The notes under the pieces: model-generated
Told to the model about the DNA's origin: nothing
The model's input: the letters and a program-made list of their open reading frames with translations, nothing else
The model's database searches: none
Shown: piece by piece, positions 24,201-36,496 of the stretch
How the letters are laid out: every line of letters begins with the position of its first letter
Position numbering within the stretch: the stretch's first letter is position 1
From: Narcine bancroftii
Lineage: Eukaryota
Assembly: GCF_036971445.1 (NCBI RefSeq)
Contig: NC_091481.1
Coordinates: 68,572,001 to 68,636,000, forward strand
Direction of reading: 5' to 3'
Length of the DNA: 64,000 nucleotides
Translations under genes and position numbers: made by a program

Positions 24201-27200
24201 ATAGAAGGGAGGATGCTAATCCATTATTTCAGCTGTAAGGCATGGAAATGGAGACCACCTGTTACATAAGGAATTGATGGATAGGAGGAGACCATTTGGC
24301 CCTTCAAACCTGCTCCGTTATAATGGAGAATGAGAGTTGACATATTGGAGGTCTACAAGAGTATGAAGGTGGACTGCCAGCATCTTTTTCCCTAGGGCGA
24401 CACTAGCAAACACCAGGAGATGTTTGTATAAGGAGAGGGGAGACATCGGGGGTAAATTTTACACCGAGTGTGGTGGGGGTCTGGAATTCATTGCCAGGGG
24501 TGGTGGTGGAGGCTGTAACAGTGGGGGCATTTAAAAGACTTAGACAGGCACCTGGATGTAATAAAAATAGAGGATCATGGGGGTGAGGTAAGGAAGGTTT
24601 AGATTGTATAGGCCGGTACAACATCATGGGCCAAAGGTCCTGTAGAGTGCTGCAAAGTTCTGTATGTGCCCCTCCAAGAACCATCCCAATCCCACTTAAT
24701 TCCTTTTGTATCTTACAATCTACCACCGTCTGAGCTCGACTGAGTCTTGACAGACGGACCAAGGTGGGAATTCTGGTCCCTCTCCCTCATGCCTCACATG
24801 TTTCCCTTAACACGTTAACATGGTGACCAGAGATGATCACAGTACTTCAGTTGATGTATAAATGTTCAGCATGACTCCCTGATTTTGTACTCTGTGCTGT
24901 TATTGGTGAAACACGTGATTTTCTGTGCCTTTCTATTTCCTCAGCCCGTCTCGATGATTTCGGTCCAGCACCCTTACCCTTATTCTGCCTTGTCTCTTTC
25001 CCGCCCCCCCCCCCCCCCCCCCCGTCCCCCAAACCCCGACTAAAATCCATCACCTCATCAAACCAAGGTTTATCTTCCATGTACCCACCCATCCCGGAAC
25101 CATGGAACACTACAGCACAGAAACAGGCCTTTGACCCTTCTAGTCTTTGTCAACCTATTGTACTATCCTGGACTGGTACCATATCCCTCCATACCCCCCT
25201 CATCCATGTACCTGTTCAAAATTTTCTTCCACGTCAAAATTGAGCCTGCATCACTAATTCAGCTGGCAGCTTATTCCACACTCCCACCGCTCTCTGCGTG
25301 AAATTCCCTCTAATGTTCCCTTTAAACATTTTCCCTTTCATCCTTAACCCATGTCCTCTGGTTTGTATCTCACCTACCCTCAGTGGAAAAAGCCTGCTTG
25401 CATTTACTCTATCTGTAGTGTACCCATGATAATTTTGTAAAGCTCTATCAAATCTCCTAATTCTTGCGCTCATACACTCAAGGGAATAAAGTTTAACCTT
25501 TTCCTGTAACTCCGTTTATGAAGTCCAGGCAACATCCAAGTAAATCTTTTCTGCACTCTTTCAATCTTATTGATAACTTTCCTGTATTTAGGTGAATCAA
25601 ACTGCACACAATACTCCAAATTTAGCCTCACCAATGTCTTGTACATCTTCACCAATAACATCCCCTACTCCTATACTCAATACTTCGATTCATGAAGGCC
25701 AATGTGCCAAAAGCTGTTTTTATAACCCTATCAACCTGTGATACCATTTTCAGGGAATTATGTATCCGTATTCCCAGATCCCTCATCCCTCTATTCTACC
25801 GCACTCTTCAATGTCCAACCATTTACCATGTATGCCCTTTCTTGGTTTGTCCTTGCAAAATGCGACACCTACCATTTTTCAGCCCACTTTTCCAGCTGGT
25901 CTAGATCCCTCCGCAAGCTTTGAAAACCTTCGCTGTCCACTACACCTCCATTTTTTGTGACATCTGCAAACTTGTTGATCCAATATCCCACATTATTATC
26001 CAGATGACAAACAACAATGGTCCCAGCACCAATCCTGCTGTTCCTTCGAAGCTGTGTGCGTGTACGCGTGCACACATTATGCAACCAGCGCACAAGGTAG
26101 TTCAAAGTATAGAATAAAATCTTAACTAAATATGTTACTTCATAGAATGCAATTATATGTGTATTATATTAAAACATGCCATTACAGTTTTATTAACCAT
26201 GTGATAGGCTGTGACAAAATGATCTTGAAACAATTTCAAGTTTACATTTGCACAAGCATTCAGTGTGCACAGACTTTTGACACAGGGGAAAAAAATTTGA
26301 ACAACATAAGGTTTTTGCACCCACTGACGACTAAAAATGAGAGGGAACATTGTGACCACAGCCTCTGTTCTCTGCGCTTCACCTTTCCTGGTATTCCCCA
26401 CACCTTGCTCAGAATTGGTCCATATCCCTGGAATTATTTTGGTAAATCTCTTCCTCTACTTCTCTAAATTGTGGTCGAACCAGAGTTTTAAAGTTGAAGA
26501 CCTCATTTATTTTGTTCTAATAATGGAGTGTGTATTTGAACTATGGGTTTCAATGCAATGATTTTTGTAATTAATTGTCTTTTTTTGTAATTATCCTTTT
26601 AATGCACTGAAAGGGAGAAGTTATAATTCATTACAACAAACTCCAGGCTGATCCTAAGCAAGGCAAGACCTTGGATATCGGTAAGTAGTGTTGTCCTCAC
26701 CACACCCTTCGGTTTTACCCTGTCCACCCTTCTCCTCTACCCCCCCCCCCCAGGATCATCATCATGCACCCACCCACACCCTTGCTGCTCAGCTTGTGCA
26801 GGCCCACACCACCTCTGAGCATGTGCTTTGGAAGTGGCGTAGTGTAGTGGGGAGTTTCCACCTGTTGAGGAATGATTGTTACCTGCCCAGATGTTGCTAG
26901 ATTTACCTCACCTCTGGCAAAGAGGCGTTTACCTATGTTTGTGTAGAATTCTATTCCCGCGACACTGCTCCTTCTTTCTGGCTTGGAAATACAACCATTT
27001 AAACTCTGTTCTCTCATTCGAACGGAGAGTAAATTATTGTTGGAGATCGTTAAAATTTTATACTTTCTGACTTTTCGGTTCTGCCATATTTAATCAAATG
27101 AGGTAAGTGGAGAGTAAATTATTGTTGGAGATCGTTAAAATTTTATACTTTCTGACTTTTCGGTTCTGCCATATTTAATCAAATGAGGTAAGTGGTTTTT

Positions 27201-30200
27201 TTTAAATTGAGGCAAACATTTTAATTGATGAAAAACATTTCAGAAGTTGGTCTAGTGGTTTAGCAAAATGGCAGTGACATCTAGTGTTGAAACAAAGGAG
27301 TGCAACGAATGTACAGTGCAATATATTGTTGGAGACTGTGTTCTAATGGGTCATATTCCATTTTATTTTTAACATTCATCCTGGGCATCAGGCTGCAGTT
27401 GGCCTGATAGGGCACCCTGCACTTGGGGAATCAGTGACCAGAGAGGACGTAAGTTTACAGTGAGGAGGGAGATACTTTAACAGAAATCTGAGGTGACTTT
27501 TTTTTACACAAGGTGGTGGGTGTGTGGAGTGGGCTCCCAGAGGAGGTGGTTGAAGCAGGTACTATTGCGATGTTTAAGAAACATTTTGACGGATACTTGG
27601 ATAGGGACGGGCTTAGAAGGATACGGGGCAAATGCAGACCTGGCCCGCAGGAGAAAGAATCTCCGGGTTGTATGTGATGTCATATATGCTCTCTGACAAT
27701 ACCTTTGAGGTGGGACTAGTCTGGTATTTAGTCAGCATGGGCAAGTTGAGCCGAAGGGCCTGCTTCCACACTGTGTGACCTCTGGAAACTCGGAGCCCAG
27801 GACTTTTGGAGATGAAAGGTGGGGGGGGGGGGGGGGGGGAGGGAGTGGGTGGAGGTCCTAGGAAGTGCCTCAGGCCAGTTGCTGAGAGGTGGCAGCCCGG
27901 CAGCTCACTGTCACCCCGGGGAGGGGAGTTGCTGTGGGATGCTGTGGCCTGGTGGTGACAGCCTTTATTGTGCTTTGCAGTTCTGAAGAAAGTCAAACAT
28001 CGGCTGGTGGAGAACATGAGCTCGGGCACTGCGGATGCCCTGGGACTGAGCCGAGCCATTCTGTGTAACGGTGAGTGGGGTAAATTTCAATTTAGACGCA
28101 GCATGGGATCAGGCCTTTTTGGCCCATGATCCTGTGCTGTCCAATTAACCTATAACCCCCTGTACATTTTTGGAGGGTGGAAAGAACTCACGCAGACCGG
28201 GGAGAACGTGCAAACTCCTTACAGACAGCGCGAGATTTGAACCCAGATCCTGATCGCTGATGCTAACAGCGTTGTGCTGAATGCTACACCAACCTTGTTG
28301 CCCAGGTGGCTTGTTCTGGGCCAGAGCCAAATCCAGATCACGTTAAAAATCAGAGCAGGAGGAGGCAATTCAGCCCCCTCCCCCCCCCCCCCCCCCCCCC
28401 CCCGCCCCCCCCCCGTGACTGCTCCAATTTTGGCTGATCTTTGAGTCACCTTCCTGCACAAACCTCGTGTCCATACTGACCTCTGGGAGTGAGTCCAGGG
28501 CAGCGGTAAGGGAGGATGGTGACTGAGGCCTGAATTCACACACACGAGGCCGTCCACCTTGTTCAGCCAGCTAAACTTGAGCTCCACACACTAATCCAAG
28601 TTTCTGTATGAGATGCATGGCCCTGCGGTGAGACAGGTTTTGTGAATAGAGGAATGACACTATTTATTAGCCAGGTGAGGAACTGTGGGGTTTATTCTGG
28701 TTAAAACGGGAGTGACATGGAGAATAGATTCATACTGTAGTTAACTTGGAGTCTTTTTGTGTCCCGGTTTTCAGGGACCTACCAACAATCGTGTCCCCGT
28801 TTTCTGGGTCTAGTTTTATACCCTACCACCAGCTGGTTCATGTTTGCACTGTAGTTTACTCATGGACCCAGTCCGGAGCATATAATATGAAAGGTTAAAA
28901 ATGGCCAGAGTCCAAAGGGTTAAGGTTTATTTGGGGTAAATAGCAATGTGATTGGGTTCAAATGGAAGGAGACCATGGATTGTTCCAGTTTAAGTAGGGG
29001 AATGAAACCTGATGTCTTGTGGCCTTTCTTCCAGACGGACTTGTAAAGAAACTGGAGGAACTGGAGAGAACCGCGGAGCTGTACAAAGGTACCAGGAATG
29101 GGGGAGCAGGGAGGGAGCAACGAGATGGTGGGTAGCAAGGACCAGCGGCAGGGAGGAGATGGATGGGAGTGTTGCAGAGGGCAGGATGAAGGAGAGATGC
29201 TCACATAAGTGGTTCACCATGTTGCATACAAGTGAGGTGGAGTGTGGATGTGAGACATGTAGGTGCTGGCAGCACAGTAGCAGGGTGTGGGTGAAATGTG
29301 AAAGAGTTGGGTGTGCTTGCTGGGTGCCTGTGGATGCACAAATCAGGGAGGGGTGTGCAAGAGCCAGAGAGGAGGGTGCGTGAGCCAGGTGTGTTTACTG
29401 GGTAGTTGAGGGTGCACAGACCAAAGAGCCAGGTGTACAAAAGCCACATTAAGGGCTTTGTTTGTCCTTGAGCCAAAGCCCAGAATTGGTTGGAGACTGA
29501 TTATACTTTTCCCACTTCCCGACATCCGACAGGACTGATGGAGCACACGAAGAGGCTGCTGAGAGCGTTCTTTGAGCTGTCACAGACGCACAGATGTAAG
29601 TCTTTCTGTTCTCTGCATTTCTTGGTAGTCTGTGCTGCCCACTGTGAGGAAATTCCTGCCCGTCCAACGTGTAGGAACAGCAGCAGGGTCCCCATCACCT
29701 CCATTCCGTTCACTCACTTTGCTGCATGCCCTGGCCCACTATTAACCGTAATGTGCCCCCGTGAGATGGTTTGGGCGAGGGCTGGGCACGTTCTAATAAT
29801 GGGAGCAGTGTGACCTTAGTTTGACTCAAGGAATGGAGTTTGCAGACTTTCCAGCATTGGGAACTTGGATAATGCTACCCCGGGGTGGGGGGTGGGGGGG
29901 GGAAATGAGGCAATAGTATGTCAAGGAGAGAGGGGTTATGAGAGGATTCAGTCAGCTCTTGTATCCCAAGACTAGGCGACATTGATTGCAGGAAAATGCC
30001 ACAGAGGCAGAAGGAAAGATTTGTTCAACAAGCTCCTGCACATAAATATACTGGAGAGCCCCAACAGGTCAAGCAGCATCTAAGGAAGTAAAGACCTCAG
30101 GCCGGAAACGTTGGTTCCCCTTTACCTCCCATGGTCGCCCTCTGACCTGCTGGGTTTCTCCAGCATGTTTGTATATTGCCCTTGCAGACTTTCTTGTTGA

Positions 30201-33200
30201 GCTTGTTCAGTAATCTGTTTGGGTTTGGAAGCTCCAAGATCAGATCTGATTTTACAATTATGTTATCGGGACTTGGAAAAACTGAGTGACTGGGAAGATT
30301 AAACAGATTAAGAGTTTATTCCATGGTATGCAGAAAATTTGGGGAGATTTGATAAGAGGTGTACAAAATTATGTTGGCTATAGAGAGAGTAAATGCAAGG
30401 GTAGGTTAGGTACAAACCAGAGGGCGTGAGTTAAGAGGGAAAGGGGAAAAGTTTAGGCCAGTGGTTCTCAACCTTTTTCTTTCCACTTACATCCCACTTT
30501 AAGCAATCCCTTTCAGAGCACCTATGCATAGGGAATACCTACAGTGGTGCATGAGTGGAAAGAAAAAGATTGAGAACCACTGGTTTAGGGGGAACATGAG
30601 AGGGAATTTCTTCACGCAGGAAGTGGTGGGAGTGAGGAACGAGCTGCCAGCTGAAGTGGTGAACGTGGTCAAAAGACAGAGATGATGCTGGAGGAAGTCG
30701 GCCTGTCTCACAGCGTCCACAGGAGGTAAAGAGATATCACCAATGTTTCGGGCCTGAGCCCTTCCACAAGGTGTGAGTGAAGAAACACAGAGTCTGAATG
30801 AAAGGATGAGGAAAGAAAGGGAGAAGATTGGGGGGGGAGGGGGGGAGTACTGACCAACAGACACAAGGTGTTAATTGGATATGATGAAAAGTGAGAATTG
30901 ATTTTGGCTCCATGGAAAGAGAGAAGAGGGAAAAGGGAAGAGAGAGAGGCAGAGGAAAGGAGACAGGGGAGCAGAGGAAACGAGGGAAATGCAGGCTCAA
31001 TTTTGACATTGAAGAAAACAATTGGATTGGTTCATGGACTGGAGGGGTGTGGAGGGTTGGTTGCAGATTAATGGGATGAGACAGAAAAATAGTTTGGTGT
31101 AGACAAGAAGGGCCAAAGGGCCTGCAGTGTTTTATGGACATGTTTGGTTTGGGCAAGAAGGTGGAGTTGGGAGAAACTGGGGAGTTCTTCCACCGATCAC
31201 AGAGGCAGCAGTGCAGCATGTGGTTCTCTCAGTTCTCTGAAGGACGCCTGCAGTGGGGGGGTGGTTGTCAAGTTTATTGTCAGCTAATTCTACTAAGTTC
31301 AACCCGATGAAGCAGCGTTCTCCGGTCCTCAATGCAAAACACACAGACACACACAAGACATAATACACATGCCGGACAAGTATTCATACATACAAATAAA
31401 TAAGTATTGTTTTGTAGATATGACAGTCTCTGATGGTAAGTGTGAGCAGTTCCTTTGGTCGTTCAGCATTCTCACTGCCTGTGGGAAGAAGCTGTTCCTC
31501 AGCCTGGTGGTGCTGGCTCTGATCCTCCTGGATCTCTGTCCACGACGGGAGCAGATGAAAGATGCTGCATGCGGGGGTGGAAGCGGTCCTCAATGATTTT
31601 GCGCCCTCTACAGATGTCGAACCCGGTAGATCACATCAACCCCAGTGATCCTCTCTCCTGCTCTGATGGTCCTATAGATTGACCCTCTTCCCTACCCCCC
31701 CCCCCTCCCTCCATCCATCCATTTCTCTGCAGTAACCGTATTACCCTGTGATGCAGCCAGGCTAGGATAGAGCTCCTGTAGAAGGTTGACACACTGGTGG
31801 CTGGTAGCCTTGCCCACTTCAGTCTTCTCAGGAAGTGCGGTCGCTGTTGCACCTTCCTGACATGTGAGGAGATGTGTGTCCACGATAGGTCACTGGTTCC
31901 ATTGGATGCTGCTGCTGTGACAGAGTTTTCATTTGTTTCAGCATTTGGTGATGTCTTCTCTGTCATTGGGGTGAGAGAACCTCAGCCAGCTGCCAGCGAG
32001 GCTTTTGTCAAATTTGCAGAAGCCCATCGGAACATCGAGAAGTTTGGCATCCGACTACTGAAGACAGTGAAACCAGTGAGTCTCTGCACGTGGCTGGTAA
32101 CGTGCCCTTCTGTTTCCTTCCCCCAGTGAGGGGACATGAGTGAAGTGGGCCGGGAGTTCACTGAGGAAACGTTTCAGGGTGCGTGGCCTCGGGCCCGGCT
32201 GCTAAGTGCCTGCTGAATGGTGGAGCTTCCTCTGGTGGGGGGGACAGGGGCTGCGCCCTCCTGCTCCTGTTTGTCTTGGTCATTACCAGGCAGCTCCCAC
32301 TCGTTAGCCCGTGCCTGGCCTGCCGAGGAAGGTGGGCTGCTCTTTTTGCTGAGGATGTGGAAGCGGATGGAAGATTGTGCACTCACCAGCAAGCACCCTC
32401 ATTTATAGGGGAAGGAAGGGTCCTCGGGGTAGCCTGGTACTGGTGGTGGGACCAGGGACACTGCCTGAGGTGTCTCTGCACTGCTGTTCTGGGGCTCCAT
32501 TGCTTCATCAAACACCATCAAAGATGGGGCGGCACGGTTAGCACAACGTGGGTTCAAATCCGGTGCTATCTGTAAGGACGTTGTACATTCCCCCCGGGGG
32601 CTCTGGTTTCCTGGCCTTCAAAACCTTTAGGGGTTGTAGGTTAGTTGGGTGTAATTGGGCGGCACAGACTTGTGGGCTGAAAGGGCCCGTTACCATGTTA
32701 TAAATCTAAATTTAATAAAAAGCAATCATTTTAAAACGATGCAGCAGGTCCATGAAACCCACGTCACCCATTTACACCCAATTAATCTGCCAACCCCACT
32801 TTTTTTTTGGAGGGTGAGAGGAAACTGGTTTGTTGCAAGCGTTACTGAAACTAGCTAATTAATTGAAGCAAAGACTCGAAACTATCTAATTAATTGAAGC
32901 AAAATTCCCCGCCTGATTTTTAAAATTGGATATAGACCTTGGTGTCAGGCCCTTCCAGCCCACGAGCTTGTGCTACCCAATGAACCTCCAAACCCTTGTA
33001 TGTTTCAGAGGGTGGGAGGAAACTCGCGCGGACACAGGGAAGATGTACAAACTCCTTACGGACAGCGCGGGATCTGAACCCCGGTCGCTGGCACTGTAAC
33101 AGCATGGCGCTAACTGTGCAGCCGTGTTGGGATGAAAACTCACACATCTGGGTTGTGAGTCAGCTCTGGTTACCTGGGCACCTGCTGAGCAGTACATCGC

Positions 33201-36200
33201 CCCAGTGCTGGTATGCCCTGCTACCCCTCTGGGGGACCTGACTTCCCAACTTGTCTACCCATTGTCTACCTGTGCAGTCCCTGACTAATGACCGATGCCT
33301 GGATTTGCAGATGCTGAATGATCTGGATACCTACCTTAACAAGGCTATTCCTGACACAAAGCTCACCATCAAAAAATACCTCGACGTCAAGTTTGAATAC
33401 TTGGTAGGTGCCTTGTCAACCTTCCTTTGGACAGCATAGTCCAACCCCAGTTAATCCCAGCTCCCTTTTCACCTGCTCGTTAAATGGACCTGCTTTGAAA
33501 TTTAAATTAATGTTGCAAAGTATAGACAGGCCATTGTCTTATGTAGAGCTAGAGTCTTTGTTTCTCTGCAAGAAATAAAAATCAGGGCTTTGGATCAGAT
33601 TGGTCTCTGCACGGACCCTTTGTCAACAGCAGCATTCCTGGACCGACATCTCTGTGCGCTGGAAGACCAACTGGTTTCAGACTGATCAAAGTGCACCAAG
33701 TCGATGGTCTTCCAGCAGTTCTGGATGCTTGGCTCTGTGTTTGTCCCCGGGAACAGCCCGTAGATCATAGAGTTCTCTGTCACGCTGCCGCTGGGGATGA
33801 ACCGACAAGGACCCCTGCATCCTTCTCCACACACTCTTTGCAAATCTGCATTCAGCAAAGAGGTGGGCGACCATCTCCTCTCCAACGCAGATATTACAGG
33901 GGCAACATGCATTGTGTGTGGTGTTCTGGTCGTACAGGAAGGATCTGACTGGGAGGGCTCCTCTCACCACCAGCAGTCCTAGACTTTGTCCAGCAGCAGC
34001 GTCAGAAAGCCTGTGCACTTGAGCAGAGCTGTGGTCAGGGCTCCCACTACTGACAGTGTCCACCAAGTCATCCAGTGTGAAAACAGGCCCTTCAGCTCAA
34101 CAGGCTCAGCCGACCAAAATGTCCCAACCACACTGGTCCCACCTGCCTGCGTTTGGCCCCACATCCCTCTAAACCAGTGGTTTTCAAGCTTTTTCTTCCC
34201 ACCCACATACCATCTTAAGCAATCCCTTACTAATCACATAGCACCGATGGCACGGGGAATACTTAAGGTGGTATATGTGTGGAAAGAAAAAGTTTGAAAA
34301 TCACTGCTCGAAACTCTTCCTATCCATGGATCTGTCCAAATATTCTTTAAACGTTGCCTCACCCAGCTCTTCCAGAAGATGTTCCACACACCCACCATCC
34401 TCTATGTAAAACAAGTTTCCCCTCAGGTTCCTGTTTAATCACTCCCTCCCCTTTCACCATAAAGCTCTGGTTCTCGATTCCCCTACTCTGGGCTTGGAGC
34501 TGGGCATCTGTCCAGAAAAAGGGCACAGTATCTCCTCCTCCCTCCTTGCACCAAACCCACACGAGAGTCATGGATCACCGCACCCTGCCTTCAGCTCACC
34601 TCCCACCTCTTCTTCCCGTACCTCTCTGTCCAAGGACTGTCTGCTCGCTCGTACCCCTCCCAGTCCACTCCTCTCTCTGCATTCGTTCCCATCCACTTCT
34701 TCCCCCTCCTCTTCAACCTTCAGAGGGAACAGTTGGTGGTGGAGGCAGGCTGCATTCCCCAGGGGGAGTATGGAACATCCCATTGAGGCACAAAGGTAAA
34801 CATGGGCCTCCCGCACCAGCACCAGGCTGTGGTTGTGCCAAGGCTTTCAGGGCAGAGTGGCCCCAGGACAGGGAGGGATCAGAAGAGTTCCCCAGTCAGT
34901 GCAGGTCCAGGACTTGGTTAACTGTGTTGACTATTTTAGAAGGATTAGGATATTTATGAAACAATTGTAACCCCTTCCCTCTCTGCTTTCTTGCAGTCAT
35001 ATTGCTTGAAGGTGAAGGAGATGGACGATGAGGAGTACAGCTGCATTGTGGGTGATGGCAGGGTGCATGGGAGCTCTTGTTGGTTGGTCACTGGGTGGGG
35101 TGGAGGGACCTCGAGCTTGAGTGACTGGGGCAGAGGGACTTTGGGAGGTCTCTGAGCAGCGGGGCCTAGTGGGGAGGGGTTGTTGGGGGGTGGGGAGGGG
35201 TTGACAGGGTGTGGGCGGGGGGGGCATTGGGTGGCTGGGAGGGATGAACGGGGCGGGGATGAGTTGATGGAGGGCGGGAAGGGTTAACGTGGTGGGAGGG
35301 GTCGACAGTGAAGGGTGGGGAGGGGGCTCGGTGGGGTTTGCATATCAAAACAGGGAGCCACTGTGACCTGCTGCTAGCCAGGGCTTGTGCTTCCATGATG
35401 TAATAGCAATGTCGCTCATATTGGTGTGGTGAGGACAGATCCTTTCTCTCTGCCCACCCAAGGCTCTCCAGGAACCTCTGTACCGAGTCGGCACTGGCAA
35501 CTATGAGTATCGTCTGATTCTGCGCTGTCGCCAAGAGGCCAGAGCTCGATTTGCCAAAATGAGGAAAGATGTTCTGGAGAAGATCGAACTTCTGGACCAA
35601 AAACATGGTTGGTTTTTAACTTTATATCTCGCACACGCAGTTGTCTCAGTTTGTTTGGGCTGCTTTGTGCTTCCCAGTCAAGAGGACCTGGGGTCATGGT
35701 CTTGTAGGCCGGAGTGACAGGGCATCCGCGGGTGTGACAGCCATCCCGGGTAACGAAAGCCAGGGTCTGTGGAGAATGGAACTAACCACCAGGGAATGAA
35801 AAAATCGGAATGAACATGAGGAGAAATGAGTGAATTACAGATGGAAAACGATGTTCCGCTGGGGATTAGACGGTAAATTCCTTGTGACTTAGACCCATGG
35901 CTCCTTATGGATTCCCTCTTTTCGATAACCATACAGCATGGAATCGGGGCCTTCGTCCCAACTTGCCCATGATGTCCCACCCACACACCAGTCCCACCTG
36001 CCTGCATTCAGTCCATATCCCTCGAAACCCATCTTATCCACGTATCCGTACAAATGTTTCCAAAATGTTGCAGAATGGGCTGCCTCCTATGGCAGCCCGT
36101 TCCGTACACCCACCACCTTCGGTGTGGAAAATGTTTCCCCTCACAGTCCTGTTAAGTCTCTTACCCCACCCCCCCTTAAGCCTGTGTCCTCTGGTTACCA

Positions 36201-36496
36201 ATTCCCCTGCTCTGTGCGTTGACCCGATGCATTCCACTCCTCCTGATTTTGTCCACCTCTTCCCCTTCCCAGTCCAGGACATTGTGTTCCAGCTCCAGAG
36301 GTTCGTCTCTGCCATGTCCAAGTACTACGATGAGTGTTACACGGTCCTGAAGGATGCAGATGTGTTTCCAATTGAGGTGGACCTATCAAAAACCATGTTG
36401 AACTACAGTACAAAGGACCTTTACACTGATGCGGAAGAAGAGGAGGAGGAGAAGGAGAACGAGGAGAACGGCGAGAAACTGTTTGACGATGAGTAG
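21192..36496 (+). CDS. PICK1: PRKCA-binding protein PICK1 (PDZ + BAR/AH domain), full spliced CDS 1203 nt, 400 aa
   Basis: Coding exons 21192-21232, 22101-22212, 23872-24000, 26614-26680, 27981-28070, 29035-29088, 29533-29595, 31942-32075, 33311-33403, 34997-35047, 35463-35607, 36273-36496. All introns are GT-AG and the phases are consistent. Motifs KKDPQNLIGISIGGG and YCPCLY and an acidic tail are present. Confidence 0.98.
21480..21845 (-). mobile_element. Rex1/Babar-like LINE 3' remnant
   Basis: Homologous to 31270-31890 and ~18130-18380. Confidence 0.65.
22101..22212 (+). CDS. PICK1: PICK1 coding exon 2
   Basis: GIPTVPGTVTIKKDPQNLIGISIGGGAQYCPCLYIVQ. Confidence 0.97.
22330..23580 (+). 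mobile_element. Degenerate L1-clade LINE ORF2 C-terminus and 3' UTR
   Basis: Peptide ...EKWESDLGITI...INSRCRLVQYNFL...CFRCG... (zf-RVT/CCHC region) with frameshifts; AATAAA tail near 23561. Confidence 0.75.
23872..24000 (+). CDS. PICK1: PICK1 coding exon 3
   Basis: VFDNTPAAMDGTLAAGDEIIGVTGKSVKGKTKVEVAKMIQAVK. Confidence 0.97.
25100..26035 (-). mobile_element. CR1-like LINE (reverse transcriptase C-terminus and 3' UTR)
   Basis: Minus-strand peptides KFADVTK...DLDQLEKWAEKW and YKTLVRLNLEYCVQF...IERVQKRFT. Confidence 0.85.
26614..26680 (+). CDS. PICK1: PICK1 coding exon 4
   Basis: GEVIIHYNKLQADPKQGKTLDI; 67 nt. Confidence 0.95.
27024..27195 (+). repeat. Exact 85-bp tandem duplication
   Basis: 27024-27108 is identical to 27109-27193. 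Confidence 0.95.
27981..28070 (+). CDS. PICK1: PICK1 coding exon 5
   Basis: (V)LKKVKHRLVENMSSGTADALGLSRAILCN; 90 nt. Confidence 0.97.
28082..28290 (-). mobile_element. V-SINE copy
   Basis: Reverse complement of the 8497-8740 family. Confidence 0.7.
29035..29088 (+). CDS. PICK1: PICK1 coding exon 6
   Basis: (D)GLVKKLEELERTAELYK; 54 nt. Confidence 0.96.
29533..29595 (+). CDS. PICK1: PICK1 coding exon 7
   Basis: (G)LMEHTKRLLRAFFELSQTHR; 63 nt. Confidence 0.96.
30459..30582. mobile_element. hAT (Buster/Charlie-like) MITE inserted in a CR1 remnant
   Basis: TIR CAGTGGTTCTCAA...TTGAGAACCACTG; 8-bp TSD GTTTAGGC/GTTTAGGG. Confidence 0.88.
31270..31890 (-). mobile_element. Rex1/Babar-like LINE 3' remnant
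   Basis: Minus-strand peptide SWTHISSHVRKVQQRPHFLRRLKWARLPATSVSTFYRSSI. Confidence 0.78.
31942..32075 (+). CDS. PICK1: PICK1 coding exon 8
   Basis: FGDVFSVIGVREPQPAASEAFVKFAEAHRNIEKFGIRLLKTVKP; 134 nt. Confidence 0.97.
32526..32715 (+). mobile_element. V-SINE copy, internally deleted
   Basis: GGGGCGGCACGGTTAGC...GGGTTCAAATCC head and family tail. Confidence 0.65.
32920..33125 (-). mobile_element. V-SINE copy
   Basis: Reverse complement of the family head, core and tail. Confidence 0.7.
33311..33403 (+). CDS. PICK1: PICK1 coding exon 9
   Basis: MLNDLDTYLNKAIPDTKLTIKKYLDVKFEYL; 93 nt. Confidence 0.97.
33595..34070 (-). mobile_element. Tx1/L1-clade LINE ORF2 C-terminal remnant
   Basis: Minus-strand peptide ...CPCNICVGEEMVAHLFAECRFAKSVWRRMQGSLS... 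(CCHC region). Confidence 0.7.
34175..34306. mobile_element. hAT (Buster/Charlie-like) MITE
   Basis: TIR CAGTGGTTTTCAA...TTGAAAATCACTG; TSD CTCTAAAC/CTCGAAAC. Confidence 0.85.
34997..35047 (+). CDS. PICK1: PICK1 coding exon 10
   Basis: SYCLKVKEMDDEEYSCI; 51 nt. Confidence 0.96.
35463..35607 (+). CDS. PICK1: PICK1 coding exon 11
   Basis: ALQEPLYRVGTGNYEYRLILRCRQEARARFAKMRKDVLEKIELLDQKH; 145 nt. Confidence 0.95.
36273..36496 (+). CDS. PICK1: PICK1 last coding exon
   Basis: (V)QDIVFQLQRFVSAMSKYYDECY...DADVFPIEVDL...EEEEEEKENEENGEKLFDDE-stop. Confidence 0.96.

Noticed and set aside
34354-34959. 201-aa ORF in a PICK1 intron
   Set aside because: It crosses a CR1 remnant and low-complexity pyrimidine-rich sequence, has a non-ATG start and shows no recognisable domain.
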